From the NCBI GenBank assembly GCA_964539135.1, contig CAZIFG010000001.1:1251-65250 (forward strand): a DNA stretch of 64,000 nucleotides, read 5' to 3'. Below, piece after piece: positions 8,314-18,183 of the stretch. The stretch comes from an uncultured Rickettsiales bacterium (GTDB taxonomy: Bacteria; Margulisbacteria; Marinamargulisbacteria; GCA-2716485; CAZIFG01). The notes under the pieces are model-generated. The model was not told the origin of the DNA. It made no database searches and saw nothing but the letters and a program-made list of their open reading frames with translations. The translations under genes were made by a program, and so were the position numbers. Numbering within the stretch: position 1 is the first letter of the stretch; each line of letters opens with the position of its first letter.

Positions 8314-10410
8314 TTAAAACTTGGTTGTAGGGACTAAATTGATGCGTTTTTGATCATCAATTTTATCGACTTTTATTTCGAATCTATCGCCTACTTTTAC
8401 GATATCTTCTACGTTTTCAACCCGTTTATCTGATAGTTTTGAAATATGGATTAGCCCTTCTTTTCCGGGATATAGTTCCACAAAACATCCAAATTGCATG
8501 ATTTTAGTGACTTTTCCGTCGTAGATTTCACCCACTTCAGGTTCTTTTGTTAATCTTAAAATCATCATTTTAGCGGTTTTTACACTTTCGCCTGATTTTC
8601 CAGAAATTTGGACTTCGCCTGTATTGCCATCTGATACAACCACACTGGCGCCGGATTCTTCTTCGATGTGTCGAATCATTTTGCCGCCAGGTCCAATGAC
8701 GAGACCTACTTTTTCGGGATTGATGGAAATGGTTTCAATTTTAGGCGCATTTTCAGAAACGGATTCTCTTGAAATAGAGAGTGTTTCTGCCATTTTGTTT
8801 AAAATGTACAGTCTGCCTTCATTGGCTTGATTGAGTGCATTTTCTAAAATTTCTCGTGATAAACCAGATACTTTAATATCCAATTGAAGTGCGGTGATTC
8901 CTTCTTTTGTTCCTGCGACTTTAAAATCCATGTCGCCATAATGATCTTCTAATCCTTGAATATCGGATAGGATGACGTAATCGTTTCCATCTAATAGCAA
9001 TCCCATGGCGATTCCGGATACCGGTGCTTTAATCGGTACGCCACAATCCATTAAGGCCATAGATCCCCCGCATACAGAGGCCATGGACGAGGATCCGTTG
9101 GATTCTAAAATTTCAGATACAATTCGAATGGTATAAGGAAAGGCATCTTGTGTGGGTAGAACCGCAAGTAAGGCTCTTTCTGCTAAGGCACCATGTCCCA
9201 ATTCTCGACGGCCTGTTCCAATTCTACCCACTTCTCCTACTGAAAATGGGGGGAAGTTGTAATGAAAGAAATAGGCGCTAGATTGGGTGTCATCCAGACC
9301 GTCTAACATTTGCTCGTCTTTACTATCACCTAGGGTGACCACGCACAAACTTTGGGTTTCTCCTCGGGTAAATAGGGCGGATCCATGCACGGAAGGCAGT
9401 ACACTGACTTGGGTTTCTATGTTTCGGATTTCTGTTGTTTTTCTGCCGTCAGGTCTTACTTTTTTTGTGATAATTGTTTTTCTGATTTGATCTTTTTTAA
9501 CGGTTTGGAAGGCTTTCTCAATGGCCTTTTTTTGGAGTTCCGTGTCATCTTCTTTTACAAAGGCAGCTTTGACCTCTGCCTCAATGCTGGAAAAGAGATC
9601 TTCTATTTCTTGTTTGGAGTTGGGACTGGTGAGTGCCAATTCAAATCGGTTACCTAAAAATGTCGCGATTTCTTGTTCCAGCCTATCTGCTTCTGTGGTA
9701 TTAGATTCGATGACTTTCTTTTCTTTTTTGGTTTGAGCGACCAAATTATCTTGTAGGGCAATCATCTGTTTGATGGCTTCGTGCCCAAACATGATGGCAT
9801 CTAAAATTTGGGATTCTGAGACTTCTTTGGCTTCGGACTCGATCATTAAAATGGCATCTTTTGTGCCGGCCACTGTTAAATTGAGTTTGCTTCGGGTGAG
9901 TTGTGCCGGAGAGGGATTTGTGACCAATTCGCCATCAATGAGTCCAACCACGACGCCTGCAATGGGGCCATTAAAGGGGATGTCCGATACGCTTACAGCT
10001 GCAGATGCGGCTGTAATGGCGAGGGATTCTATAGAAACAGTGGGGTCGTAAGATAGAACAGTGATGATAATTTGAACTTCATTATAGAACCCTTTTGGGA
10101 AGGTAGGACGTAAGGGTCTGTCAATGAGTCGTGCGATTAAAGTAGCATTCGTGCTGGGTCGGGCTTCTCGTTTGAAAAATCCACCGGGGATTTTTCCTGC
10201 GGCATACATTTTTTCGGCAAATTCTATGGTGAGGGGGAAAAAATCGATCCCTTCTTTGGGCGATTTACTCATGACTGCAGTGGCCAAAAGAACCATATCT
10301 CCACATTGAATTGTTACGGAGCCATTGGCTTGTTTTGCCAAAACGCCGGTATTTAACCTTACTTCTCGTCCCGCAATTGTCTGTGAGCTGGAATGTCCAC
10401 CTTTTATCAT
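8314..10410 (-). CDS. pnp: Polyribonucleotide nucleotidyltransferase (PNPase)
   Basis: Two RNase PH domains, KH and S1 domains, 698 aa. rpsO lies immediately upstream, as is typical. Confidence 0.95.
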   Translation of the reverse strand: MIKGGHSSSQTIAGREVRLNTGVLAKQANGSVTIQCGDMVLLATAVMSKSPKEGIDFFPLTIEFAEKMYAAGKIPGGFFKREARPSTNATLIARLIDRPLRPTFPKGFYNEVQIIITVLSYDPTVSIESLAITAASAAVSVSDIPFNGPIAGVVVGLIDGELVTNPSPAQLTRSKLNLTVAGTKDAILMIESEAKEVSESQILDAIMFGHEAIKQMIALQDNLVAQTKKEKKVIESNTTEADRLEQEIATFLGNRFELALTSPNSKQEIEDLFSSIEAEVKAAFVKEDDTELQKKAIEKAFQTVKKDQIRKTIITKKVRPDGRKTTEIRNIETQVSVLPSVHGSALFTRGETQSLCVVTLGDSKDEQMLDGLDDTQSSAYFFHYNFPPFSVGEVGRIGTGRRELGHGALAERALLAVLPTQDAFPYTIRIVSEILESNGSSSMASVCGGSMALMDCGVPIKAPVSGIAMGLLLDGNDYVILSDIQGLEDHYGDMDFKVAGTKEGITALQLDIKVSGLSREILENALNQANEGRLYILNKMAETLSISRESVSENAPKIETISINPEKVGLVIGPGGKMIRHIEEESGASVVVSDGNTGEVQISGKSGESVKTAKMMILRLTKEPEVGEIYDGKVTKIMQFGCFVELYPGKEGLIHISKLSDKRVENVEDIVKVGDRFEIKVDKIDDQKRINLVPTTKF

Positions 10411-10441
10411 TATTATAGTCCTTTTTTAGATCGTGCTGCGT

Positions 10442-10723
10442 TTATTGTTCTTTTGCTCTTAAATTTAATTTTTTAGTGAGAGCTTTGAATGACGCATTGT
10501 CTTTTTTGCTTAAATAACGCATGAGTTTTTTGCGTCTTCCAACTAAGATTAAAAGGCCGCGACGTGTGTGATGGTCTTTTTTGTGTTTTTTCAAATGCTC
10601 TACAAGATGGTTGATGCGTTCTGTGAGTAGGCTAATTTGTACCTCGCTTGAACCTGTGTCTGTTGCATGTGTTTGTGTGGATTCGATAATTTCTTTTTTA
10701 TCTTTTTCGCCAATTTTTGCCAT
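10442..10723 (-). CDS. rpsO: 30S ribosomal protein S15
   Basis: GSSEVQISLLTERINHLVEHLKKHKKDHHTRRGLL signature. Confidence 0.95.
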   Translation of the reverse strand: MAKIGEKDKKEIIESTQTHATDTGSSEVQISLLTERINHLVEHLKKHKKDHHTRRGLLILVGRRKKLMRYLSKKDNASFKALTKKLNLRAKEQ

Positions 10724-10878
10724 TGTTCTGTATCTCCTTAACTGTTGTATCTTTCAATTTTGAGCGTATATTATCATATCTTTTAGGCTGGGTCTATTGT
10801 TTTTGTAACAGTTTCATATTGTTTTCTTTTTTGCTTTGGGGTAGTATCAAGGCCCAGTGACGCATAGGAGGTTCTTTT

Positions 10879-11349
10879 ATGGCTGTTTTTGATGTTGTTA
10901 AATATCCTAATCCTATTTTGAGAGAAGTGTGCGCGCCTGTGCTTTCTTTTGATGCGGCTTTGTTTCGTTTTGTTCAAGATATGTTTGAAACCATGGATGC
11001 CGCTGAGGGTATTGGTCTTGCTGCTCCTCAAGTGGGTCGTGCGGAGCAGATTTTAGTTGTGGGGTACAAACAAAAGCGTTTTGTTTTGATTAATCCCATA
11101 GTGACGCCTTTAGGTAAAGGGGTTTCAACCCGTGAAGAAGGGTGTTTGAGTTTGCCCAAACTTTTGGTTGATGTTACGAGGCCGAAAGCCGTAGAGGTAA
11201 AAGCGCAAGATTTGGAAGGGAATGTGCTTCAATTTAAAGAGAAGGGTATGATTGCTACTATTATTCAACATGAGTTTGATCATTTGAATGGGGTGTTGAT
11301 TATTGATCATGGTGTTCCTCGGGACGCTTATTCGGAATCGGAGAGGTAG
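10879..11349 (+). CDS. def: Peptide deformylase
   Basis: GIGLAAPQ, EGCLS and QHEFDHL metal-binding motifs. Confidence 0.9.
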   Translation: MAVFDVVKYPNPILREVCAPVLSFDAALFRFVQDMFETMDAAEGIGLAAPQVGRAEQILVVGYKQKRFVLINPIVTPLGKGVSTREEGCLSLPKLLVDVTRPKAVEVKAQDLEGNVLQFKEKGMIATIIQHEFDHLNGVLIIDHGVPRDAYSESER

Positions 11350-11355
11350 GGGATT

Positions 11356-11694
11356 ATGTTGCTTACAGTGTTAAAATCAAAGTTGGCTTACGTTAAAATT
11401 ACACAAGCAGAACTGTTTTACGAAGGAAGTATTACGATTGATGAGGATTGGATGGATGCTGTAGGTCTCATTAAAGATGAGCAGGTTCATGTTGTGAATG
11501 TGAACAATGGCAATCGCTTGGTGACTTATGCCATTCCAGGACCCCGTGGATCTAAGGTCATTTGTTTGAATGGACCGGCTGCTCGTCAAGGGAGTGTTGG
11601 GGATCAGATTATTATTTTATCTTATGCTCAAATTGATCCCGCTTCGGAATCTTTAGATCCTAAAATTAAGTCCTTTCCGATTGACGGGTATTAA
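11356..11694 (+). CDS. panD: Aspartate 1-decarboxylase
   Basis: YEGSITID self-processing site, 112 aa. Confidence 0.9.
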   Translation: MLLTVLKSKLAYVKITQAELFYEGSITIDEDWMDAVGLIKDEQVHVVNVNNGNRLVTYAIPGPRGSKVICLNGPAARQGSVGDQIIILSYAQIDPASESLDPKIKSFPIDGY

Positions 11695-11716
11695 GGCAAC
11701 CCTTACACTTGAGCCT

Positions 11717-13018
11717 ATGGCGCAGATTAAACCTATTACGTATACATCCGATTCAGGTGAAACCACTTTGTGTGGGATTTCTTTGACGGCGCTTTCGGAG
11801 CGTTATGGGACACCTCTTTATCTTATGGATGCTCACACCTTGCGTCAAAATTGTAGGTCGTATGTGTCGATATTGTCTCAGCAGTGTTCGGACTTTTTGG
11901 TGTTATATGCAGGTAAAGCGAATTTAAATCTTGCGCTTTTGCAGCTTGTTGCTCAGGAAGGCTTAGGGGTGGATGTGGTTTCAGGAGGAGAATTGTTTAC
12001 AGCCCTTAAGGCGGGTATTTCTCCAGATCGGATTTATTTTCATGGGAATAATAAATCTGTTTCAGAATTGAAATTGGCCGTGCAGTCAGGGGTTCGTTTG
12101 GTTGTGGATAACCAATCGGAATTGACTCGGATTGCGGCGCTTGCTTCTTCTGAATCTCCGGTGCGTATTTTGTTGCGTCTTAAACCTGAAATTGATGCTC
12201 ATACGCATGATTTTATTAAAACCGGAAATATTGACTCCAAATTTGGATTTGATATTCGTTTTTTGAAAGAGACTGTGCAGTATATTTCCACATTTCCCAT
12301 GCTTCGTTTGGTGGGACTTCATAGCCATATTGGGTCTCAAATTTTTGATATTGAACCCTATTTAGAATTGGCCCTTCGCATGGTGGGGCATATGACTCTT
12401 TTGAGAGATTCTTTTGGAATTACGCTTGAAGAAATTAATTTTGGGGGTGGAATGGGCATTATGTATGTGTCTTCAGATGATCCTCCTGAAGTGCCGGCTA
12501 TGCTTTCGGCCTTGTTGACGCGTTTTTATGCCTTATGTGAGTCTGAAAATTTCGCGATTCCACGACTGTTGTTTGAGCCTGGACGTTCCATTGTGGGGCC
12601 TGCTGGAATTACGCTTTATTCTATTGGTACGGTTAAAGAGATTCCTGATGTTAAGACGTATGTTTTTGTGGATGGTGGCATGGCGGATAATCCCAGGCCG
12701 ATGATGTATGGGGCTTCCTATACCTTTGAAGTGGCGAATAAACAGGGAAAGCCGCTTCAATCAGTGAGCATTGCGGGAAAATATTGTGAATCAGGGGATA
12801 TTTTGGCTGAAAATGTGAGTTTAAATGATCCTCAAGAGGGGGATCTTTTGGTGGTATTTGGTACAGGCGCTTACAATTATAGTATGGCGTCTCATTATAA
12901 TCGAAATAGTAAACCGGCTATGGTTTTGGTTGAAAAGGGACAGTCTCAGCTGATTGTTGAGCGGGAGTCTTTTGAAGATTTAATTCGTTTTGATAAGCCA
13001 CTTGAGGGTACTTTTTAA
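11717..13018 (+). CDS. lysA: Diaminopimelate decarboxylase (group IV PLP decarboxylase)
   Basis: YAGKAN, HSHIGSQ, GGGMGI, EPGRSIVG and CESGD motifs. Start set at the first ATG (11717). Confidence 0.75.
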   Translation: MAQIKPITYTSDSGETTLCGISLTALSERYGTPLYLMDAHTLRQNCRSYVSILSQQCSDFLVLYAGKANLNLALLQLVAQEGLGVDVVSGGELFTALKAGISPDRIYFHGNNKSVSELKLAVQSGVRLVVDNQSELTRIAALASSESPVRILLRLKPEIDAHTHDFIKTGNIDSKFGFDIRFLKETVQYISTFPMLRLVGLHSHIGSQIFDIEPYLELALRMVGHMTLLRDSFGITLEEINFGGGMGIMYVSSDDPPEVPAMLSALLTRFYALCESENFAIPRLLFEPGRSIVGPAGITLYSIGTVKEIPDVKTYVFVDGGMADNPRPMMYGASYTFEVANKQGKPLQSVSIAGKYCESGDILAENVSLNDPQEGDLLVVFGTGAYNYSMASHYNRNSKPAMVLVEKGQSQLIVERESFEDLIRFDKPLEGTF

Positions 13019-13806
13019 TGATGAAACAAATTTATCCGGGAACATTAATCGCAAAAAAGAAAGAGGGGCGTCGGTTTACGATGCTCACGGCTTATGATTC
13101 TGTTATGGCAAGCTTGCTTGAAAAAGCAGGTATTGAGGTTATTTTGGTGGGGGATTCTTTAGGAAATGTGATTGCTGGAGAGAAAAATACGATACCCGTT
13201 TCTATGGATCAAATGATTTTACATACACGTTATGTATCGCGTTCTGTTTCTCATGCTTTGGTTATTACTGATATGCCGTTTTTGAGTTATGAAGTGTCTT
13301 TGGATCAGGCTAAATTGAATGCGGGGCGTTTGATCAAAGAAGGTGGCGCACATGCCATTAAATTGGAATGTCATGAAATGCTGGTGCCAACGGTTAAACA
13401 CATTGTGGATATGGGGATTCCAGTGATGGCTCATATTGGGCTTACACCGCAAACTGTTTATAAACAGGGAGGCTTTAAAATTCAAGGTAAGGATCAGGAG
13501 GCCTTTGATCGGCTTTTTTCTTTGGCACTTTCTTTGGAAGAAGCGGGCTGTTTTTCTGTTTTATTGGAGTGTGTGCCTCATGATTTGGCTTCAAAAATTA
13601 CTGAGACATTAACCATTCCGACCATTGGGATTGGGGCGGGACCTCATTGTGATGGGCAGGTATTGGTCTCTCATGATTTATTGGGTCTTCATGAGGGGAG
13701 AGTGCCTTCATTTGTGATGCAATATGGCTCTTTTTTTCAACCGATGTTGGAGAGTGTGACGCGGTTTAATGAAGATGTCATTTCTGGCGCCTTTCCACGT
13801 TCATAG
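13018..13806 (+). CDS. panB: 3-methyl-2-oxobutanoate hydroxymethyltransferase
   Basis: MLTAYD and VGDSLG motifs. TAATG overlap with the lysA stop. Confidence 0.9.
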   Translation: MMKQIYPGTLIAKKKEGRRFTMLTAYDSVMASLLEKAGIEVILVGDSLGNVIAGEKNTIPVSMDQMILHTRYVSRSVSHALVITDMPFLSYEVSLDQAKLNAGRLIKEGGAHAIKLECHEMLVPTVKHIVDMGIPVMAHIGLTPQTVYKQGGFKIQGKDQEAFDRLFSLALSLEEAGCFSVLLECVPHDLASKITETLTIPTIGIGAGPHCDGQVLVSHDLLGLHEGRVPSFVMQYGSFFQPMLESVTRFNEDVISGAFPRS

Positions 13807-13820
13807 AGGGGATATTTGGT

Positions 13821-15170
13821 ATGAGTTTGCATTTTTATAATACCTTATCTCAAAAAAAAGAAGTGTTTGTCCCTTTGAATGCGCCTAAGGTGATGTTTTA
13901 TGTCTGTGGGGTGACGGTTTATGATTACAGTCATTTGGGGCATGCTCGGGCGAATGTGGTGTTTGATTCTATACGGCGTTATCTTCTTCATCTGGGATAT
14001 GAGGTGACTTTTGTTCAAAACTTTACGGATATTGATGATAAGATTATTGCGCGTTCCAATGAGGCGGGGATTCCTTTTTTTGAACTTACAGAGCTTTACA
14101 TTAAAGCGTTTCAAGAGGATATGGCGCAGCTCTTTATTTTACCCCCTACGCATGCCCCCAAGGCGACAGATTATATTCCAGAGATGATCGGGATGATTCA
14201 AACCTTGATGGATAAGGGTATTGCTTATGTTCAGGGGGAGGATGTGTGTTTTTCTATTGATGCTTTTCCTGAGTATGGCAAATTGTCTCATAAAATTCTA
14301 GAGGATTTGGTTGCGGGAACACGTGTTGACATTAATCAGGCTAAGAAAAATCCTTTGGATTTTGTGCTTTGGAAACAGTCAAAGCCTGGGGAGCCCTCTT
14401 GGGATAGTCCTTGGGGGAAAGGGCGACCTGGCTGGCATATTGAATGTTCTGCGATGGCGATGTCACTTTTGGGGGATACTATTGATATTCATGGGGGTGG
14501 GGAAGATCTTGTTTTTCCTCATCATGAAAATGAGATTGCGCAATCAGAGTGTTGTACAGGTAAGCCCTTTGCCTCGTATTGGGTTCATAATGGATTTGTC
14601 ACCATTAACCATGAGAAAATGTCTAAATCGAAGCATAATTTTTTTACCATTCGCGATATTTTGACGCGGTATTCGGGTGCGGTTGTTCGATTTTTTTTAC
14701 TGAAGGCCCATTATAGAACGGCGCTTAATTTTTCCTACGAGGTTTTGGATGATGCGCAGAGTGCGTATACTCGGCTTTTGACTTGTTTGCGTACGGTTTC
14801 GATTCAGGATCCTTCAGATGCAGTTAAAGGTGATTTTGAAACCTTAGAATCGAATTTTTTTGAGGCTTTAAATGATGATTTTAATACGGCTAAAGCTATT
14901 GGGATTTTGTTTGAGCTTGTCACGTTGATTAACACGTCGCAAGCTGGGGTAAGCGTTCTTCGACGGCTTGGGGGTATTTTAGGTCTTTTTGAGGATTTAA
15001 ATACAGAAATTGTCTTTTCAGATGAGGTCATAGCTTTGGCAGATGAGCGTGTTTTGGCTAAAAAAGAACGACGCTTTGATAGGGCAGATGAGATTCGTGC
15101 ACGTTTGAAAGATGAACATGGTGTTTTGATCGAAGATTCTGTGGATGGGTATCGTTTAAATTTAATTTAG
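13821..15170 (+). CDS. cysS: Cysteine--tRNA ligase
   Basis: HLGHAR (HIGH) and KMSKS motifs, 449 aa. Confidence 0.95.
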   Translation: MSLHFYNTLSQKKEVFVPLNAPKVMFYVCGVTVYDYSHLGHARANVVFDSIRRYLLHLGYEVTFVQNFTDIDDKIIARSNEAGIPFFELTELYIKAFQEDMAQLFILPPTHAPKATDYIPEMIGMIQTLMDKGIAYVQGEDVCFSIDAFPEYGKLSHKILEDLVAGTRVDINQAKKNPLDFVLWKQSKPGEPSWDSPWGKGRPGWHIECSAMAMSLLGDTIDIHGGGEDLVFPHHENEIAQSECCTGKPFASYWVHNGFVTINHEKMSKSKHNFFTIRDILTRYSGAVVRFFLLKAHYRTALNFSYEVLDDAQSAYTRLLTCLRTVSIQDPSDAVKGDFETLESNFFEALNDDFNTAKAIGILFELVTLINTSQAGVSVLRRLGGILGLFEDLNTEIVFSDEVIALADERVLAKKERRFDRADEIRARLKDEHGVLIEDSVDGYRLNLI

Positions 15171-15201
15171 GCAGCCTGCAGGAACTTTATGATGAGGAAC
15201 T

Positions 15202-15456
15202 TTATGATAGTTTTTCTGTATCTATATGGCTTAGGGGCCTTTTAGAAGCGTCCACTTCTTTTATATGCAGTTGTTGTCTTGATGTCGCTTCTTGTATAGC
15301 TTGGAATCGTGTTGACTTATCAAAAGTGCCGCCTTTTACCTGATTCGCGGGTAACTTTGGATCATAATTCCCGGTTCCAGGAGTGGGAGACTTTGTTTTT
15401 GTTGGAAAGAGAGAGGCACTCGTTCCAAATCCTAAAGGCACTCTGCCTGCATACAT
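15202..15456 (-). CDS. Small hypothetical protein with a PG-rich repeat-like motif
   Basis: 84-aa ORF in an otherwise empty convergent gap. It contains PTPGTGNYDP...KGGTFDKSTRF. No recognisable Shine-Dalgarno sequence was checked. Confidence 0.3.
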   Translation of the reverse strand: MYAGRVPLGFGTSASLFPTKTKSPTPGTGNYDPKLPANQVKGGTFDKSTRFQAIQEATSRQQLHIKEVDASKRPLSHIDTEKLS

Positions 15457-15633
15457 ATTTTTTTTCTCCTTATGTGTTCTCTAAGTTAAGTACCTCCCCT
15501 TAAAGGGATTTAAACTTATTGTGTAGGGTGTTTGCAGGAAATCTTACAGTTCCAGGAATTACTAAATTCGCTTACTCGTTTTTTTATATTATTTTGCCAC
15601 AGTTCCAAACGTTATTTGGATTTAAGATACTGT

Positions 15634-16914
15634 CTACTTTAAACACCGTATCACAGCATTAATTTCTTGGACTTCTTTTAGGGCTTTACACTCTTCAAGG
15701 GTTTCAAAAAATTTGGATTCACTGACCTCATGCGTCATTAATACTACTTCTGCTGCGTTTTTACCTTTCCCATGTTGCAAAATATTGGCAATGTTAATTG
15801 TATGTTTTCCCAATGTGCCACAAATTTTTTCCAGTACACCCGGTTGATTTTTAACCGTTATACGCAGGTAAAATGCAGATTCTGTTTTTTCAAGAGATTG
15901 AACATGCGCTTTTTCAAGATTTGTTTCAAGATTTCGAGGAGAAGGAATATGTGGTGTTTCAAAACATAGGTCAATAATATCTGCGACGACAGAGGATGCC
16001 GTAGGGAGGCTTCCGGCGCCTTTTCCAGTTAATAAGGCTTCTCCCGCTGCGTTGCCTTCGATATAGACAGCATTCAGTTCATTGTTAATTTGCGCCAATA
16101 AGTGACTGTTTGGAACCAAAGTAGGATGAACACAAACGCGTACTTCCTGGTTATTGAGTTGAGATCCTATGCCTAATAATTTGATTTTATATCCCAATTG
16201 TTGAGCATATTGAATGTCTTTTAATTCAATGTTTGAAATACCTTCACAATGAATGTCTTCTACTTGTAGATCTACCTTAAAGGCAACTGCAGCTAAAATA
16301 ATGAGCTTATGAGCAGCATCTATGCCTTCAATATCCATGGTGGGATCTGCTTCTGCAAATCCTTTTTTTTGGGCTTCTTTCAGAATGGGTTTAAATTCAC
16401 GTTGCGTTTTTTCAATTTGGGTCAAAATGTAGTTAGTGGTGCCATTTAAAATCCCATATAAGGTCTGAATTTTATTGGCTGAAAAGCCTGTTTTTAAGGC
16501 TCTAATAATGGGAATGCCGCCACAGACGGCGCCTTCAAAATAGAGGTCCACGTTATTTTCTTTGGCTACTCTAAAAAAAGTACTTTTATGCTTGGATACC
16601 ACTTCTTTATTGGCTGTAACCACATGCTTTTTATTTTTTAAGGCCTGGCAAATATAGTCATAAGCCGGGTATTCTCCGCCAAGAACCTCTACAATTATGG
16701 AAATTTCTTTATCCTTTAAAATGTCGTTTGCTTCGGTGGTTAAAAGCTCTTCTGGGAGATTTAGGTGTTTATACTTTTCAGGATTTCGTACCAATATTTT
16801 TTCGATGGACAGAGACTGATTTAACCGTTTCTCAATCAGAGATTGATTTTGTTTTAAAAGCTCTAAAACACCTTGTCCTACATTTCCAAGTCCGAGTAAT
16901 CCTATTTTTATCAT
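15634..16914 (-). CDS. hom: Homoserine dehydrogenase with a C-terminal ACT domain
   Basis: N-terminal GLLGLGNVGQG Rossmann motif, catalytic domain, ACT-like C-terminus, 426 aa. Confidence 0.9.
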   Translation of the reverse strand: MIKIGLLGLGNVGQGVLELLKQNQSLIEKRLNQSLSIEKILVRNPEKYKHLNLPEELLTTEANDILKDKEISIIVEVLGGEYPAYDYICQALKNKKHVVTANKEVVSKHKSTFFRVAKENNVDLYFEGAVCGGIPIIRALKTGFSANKIQTLYGILNGTTNYILTQIEKTQREFKPILKEAQKKGFAEADPTMDIEGIDAAHKLIILAAVAFKVDLQVEDIHCEGISNIELKDIQYAQQLGYKIKLLGIGSQLNNQEVRVCVHPTLVPNSHLLAQINNELNAVYIEGNAAGEALLTGKGAGSLPTASSVVADIIDLCFETPHIPSPRNLETNLEKAHVQSLEKTESAFYLRITVKNQPGVLEKICGTLGKHTINIANILQHGKGKNAAEVVLMTHEVSESKFFETLEECKALKEVQEINAVIRCLK

Positions 16915-17065
16915 AGGACTTAGTGTATCGTATCTTCAGATGAGCGTCTATACGCTCTCGTTTGAGGGTGTTTGTGTGATTTTTTTTTTGGGTGTATACT
17001 GAAGAGCGTCAGATTTTTCTTTTATTTTCTTTGAGTCTATCAACATGATCCATGGAGGTTTGTTT

Positions 17066-17572
17066 ATGTCAATTTTTAGATGTTTTTACACATGTTTGCC
17101 GTGTTGTCGTAAAAGGACGTCTCCATCCCCTCGCGATTCTGGGTTTGGGGCTCGGAGCAACTCTTTATCTCAGGTTGCTCCTGTTGAGCGTGCGGTCGTG
17201 TGTACACCGCCACTAGCGCCTGCTGGTTATGATCCCTATGCCCCTGTCCCTGTTGGGCAGGCTGTTGTGTGTGCGCCTCCGACGCAGTCGCAAAATGGGC
17301 AGCAACAGCAGGCTGTTGTGTGTGCGCCTTCGACGTCTGTTTTGGGGTATGATCCTTATCAATCGCAACCGGTTTTTTTTGGAAATAAGCCTTATCCAGG
17401 TATTCTTGTTGGGGCAGCGGAAGTGTCTGTACGTTTCCCAGATCCTGTTAGGCATCCTGTTGGTGGAGCAGATGTAGTTCCCACAGCCCCTCCAGCTTTA
17501 GAGCGTATAGGGCCTTATTTTACTCGTGATGGTCAACGGTATTATATTGAGGTTATGCCTGTTGCCGTATGA
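17066..17572 (+). CDS. Cys-rich N-terminus, Pro/Gln-rich repeat protein of unknown function
   Basis: GGAGG lies 7 nt upstream of the ATG at 17066. The N-terminus is MSIFRCFYTCLPCCRKR. Internal AVVCAPP and GYDPY repeats. ATGA overlap with tsaB. Confidence 0.5.
   Translation: MSIFRCFYTCLPCCRKRTSPSPRDSGFGARSNSLSQVAPVERAVVCTPPLAPAGYDPYAPVPVGQAVVCAPPTQSQNGQQQQAVVCAPSTSVLGYDPYQSQPVFFGNKPYPGILVGAAEVSVRFPDPVRHPVGGADVVPTAPPALERIGPYFTRDGQRYYIEVMPVAV
17258..17335 (+). repeat. Two 27-nt direct repeats inside the Cys/Pro-rich ORF
   Basis: CAGGCTGTTGTGTGTGCGCCT(C/T)CGACG at 17258-17284 and 17309-17335, 26/27 identical. Confidence 0.85.
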
Positions 17573-18183
17573 TTATTTTAGGACTTCATCTGGCAACCTT
17601 GCCTGTTTCTATTGCTCTGACTCAAGATGATCGTGTTTTGCATTCTCAATTTTTAGAGGGAGGGCATGAGGTTTCCGAAGGCATTGTGAGTTCTATTGGC
17701 TTGATGTTGCAGTCTTGTGGTGTTTCTTTTAAAGATCTGGATGGTGTTGCAGTTACAACAGGTCCTGGCTCTTATACTGGCTTAAGACTTGCGGTGACGG
17801 TGGCCAATACTTTGGGGTATGCTCTGAAGATTCCTGTTTTTTCGATGTCTACCTTAGAGGTTTTTTTGGTTCAATCGGACTGTCGTGATGGCGCTTTTAT
17901 CGTAACATGCCCTGCTCGAAAGCATGAATTTAATGTGGGGCGATATACAGTGGATGCGGCGGGTGCTATTGAGGTTCATGAAGAATTTTTAATCGCCAGT
18001 GATGCCTTTTCAGCGTATTTAGAGGCACATCCTGACTGTGTGCATGTTGAATCTATGCCTTTATTGGCGGAAACGATGTGTAAAAGGGTGCCAAAAGAAA
18101 TAAAAAGTGCGTTTTCTGCTGTTGTGCCACGGTATTCCTATACACCGCTTTTTAAGAAATGGGATGAGGCGCCTAAGTCTTAA
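17569..18183 (+). CDS. tsaB: tRNA threonylcarbamoyladenosine biosynthesis protein TsaB (YeaZ-like)
   Basis: TGPGSYTGLRLAVTVANTLGYALKIP signature of the TsaB/YeaZ family. Confidence 0.75.
   Translation: MIILGLHLATLPVSIALTQDDRVLHSQFLEGGHEVSEGIVSSIGLMLQSCGVSFKDLDGVAVTTGPGSYTGLRLAVTVANTLGYALKIPVFSMSTLEVFLVQSDCRDGAFIVTCPARKHEFNVGRYTVDAAGAIEVHEEFLIASDAFSAYLEAHPDCVHVESMPLLAETMCKRVPKEIKSAFSAVVPRYSYTPLFKKWDEAPKS

Noticed and set aside
10783-11031. 82-aa minus-strand ORF in the rpsO-def divergent region
   Set aside because: It overlaps the def start, is Arg/Lys-rich low complexity, and has no motif. Likely spurious.
15181-15208. Tandem GGAACTTTATGAT(G) duplication just after cysS
   Set aside because: Only two 13-nt units, with no hairpin or recognisable operator symmetry. 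Probably a slippage duplication without evident function.
16942-16957. Small hairpin GAGCGT-CTAT-ACGCTC upstream of hom, considered as a regulatory attenuator
   Set aside because: A 6-bp stem without a U-tract or alternative pairing partners that I could identify. Insufficient evidence.
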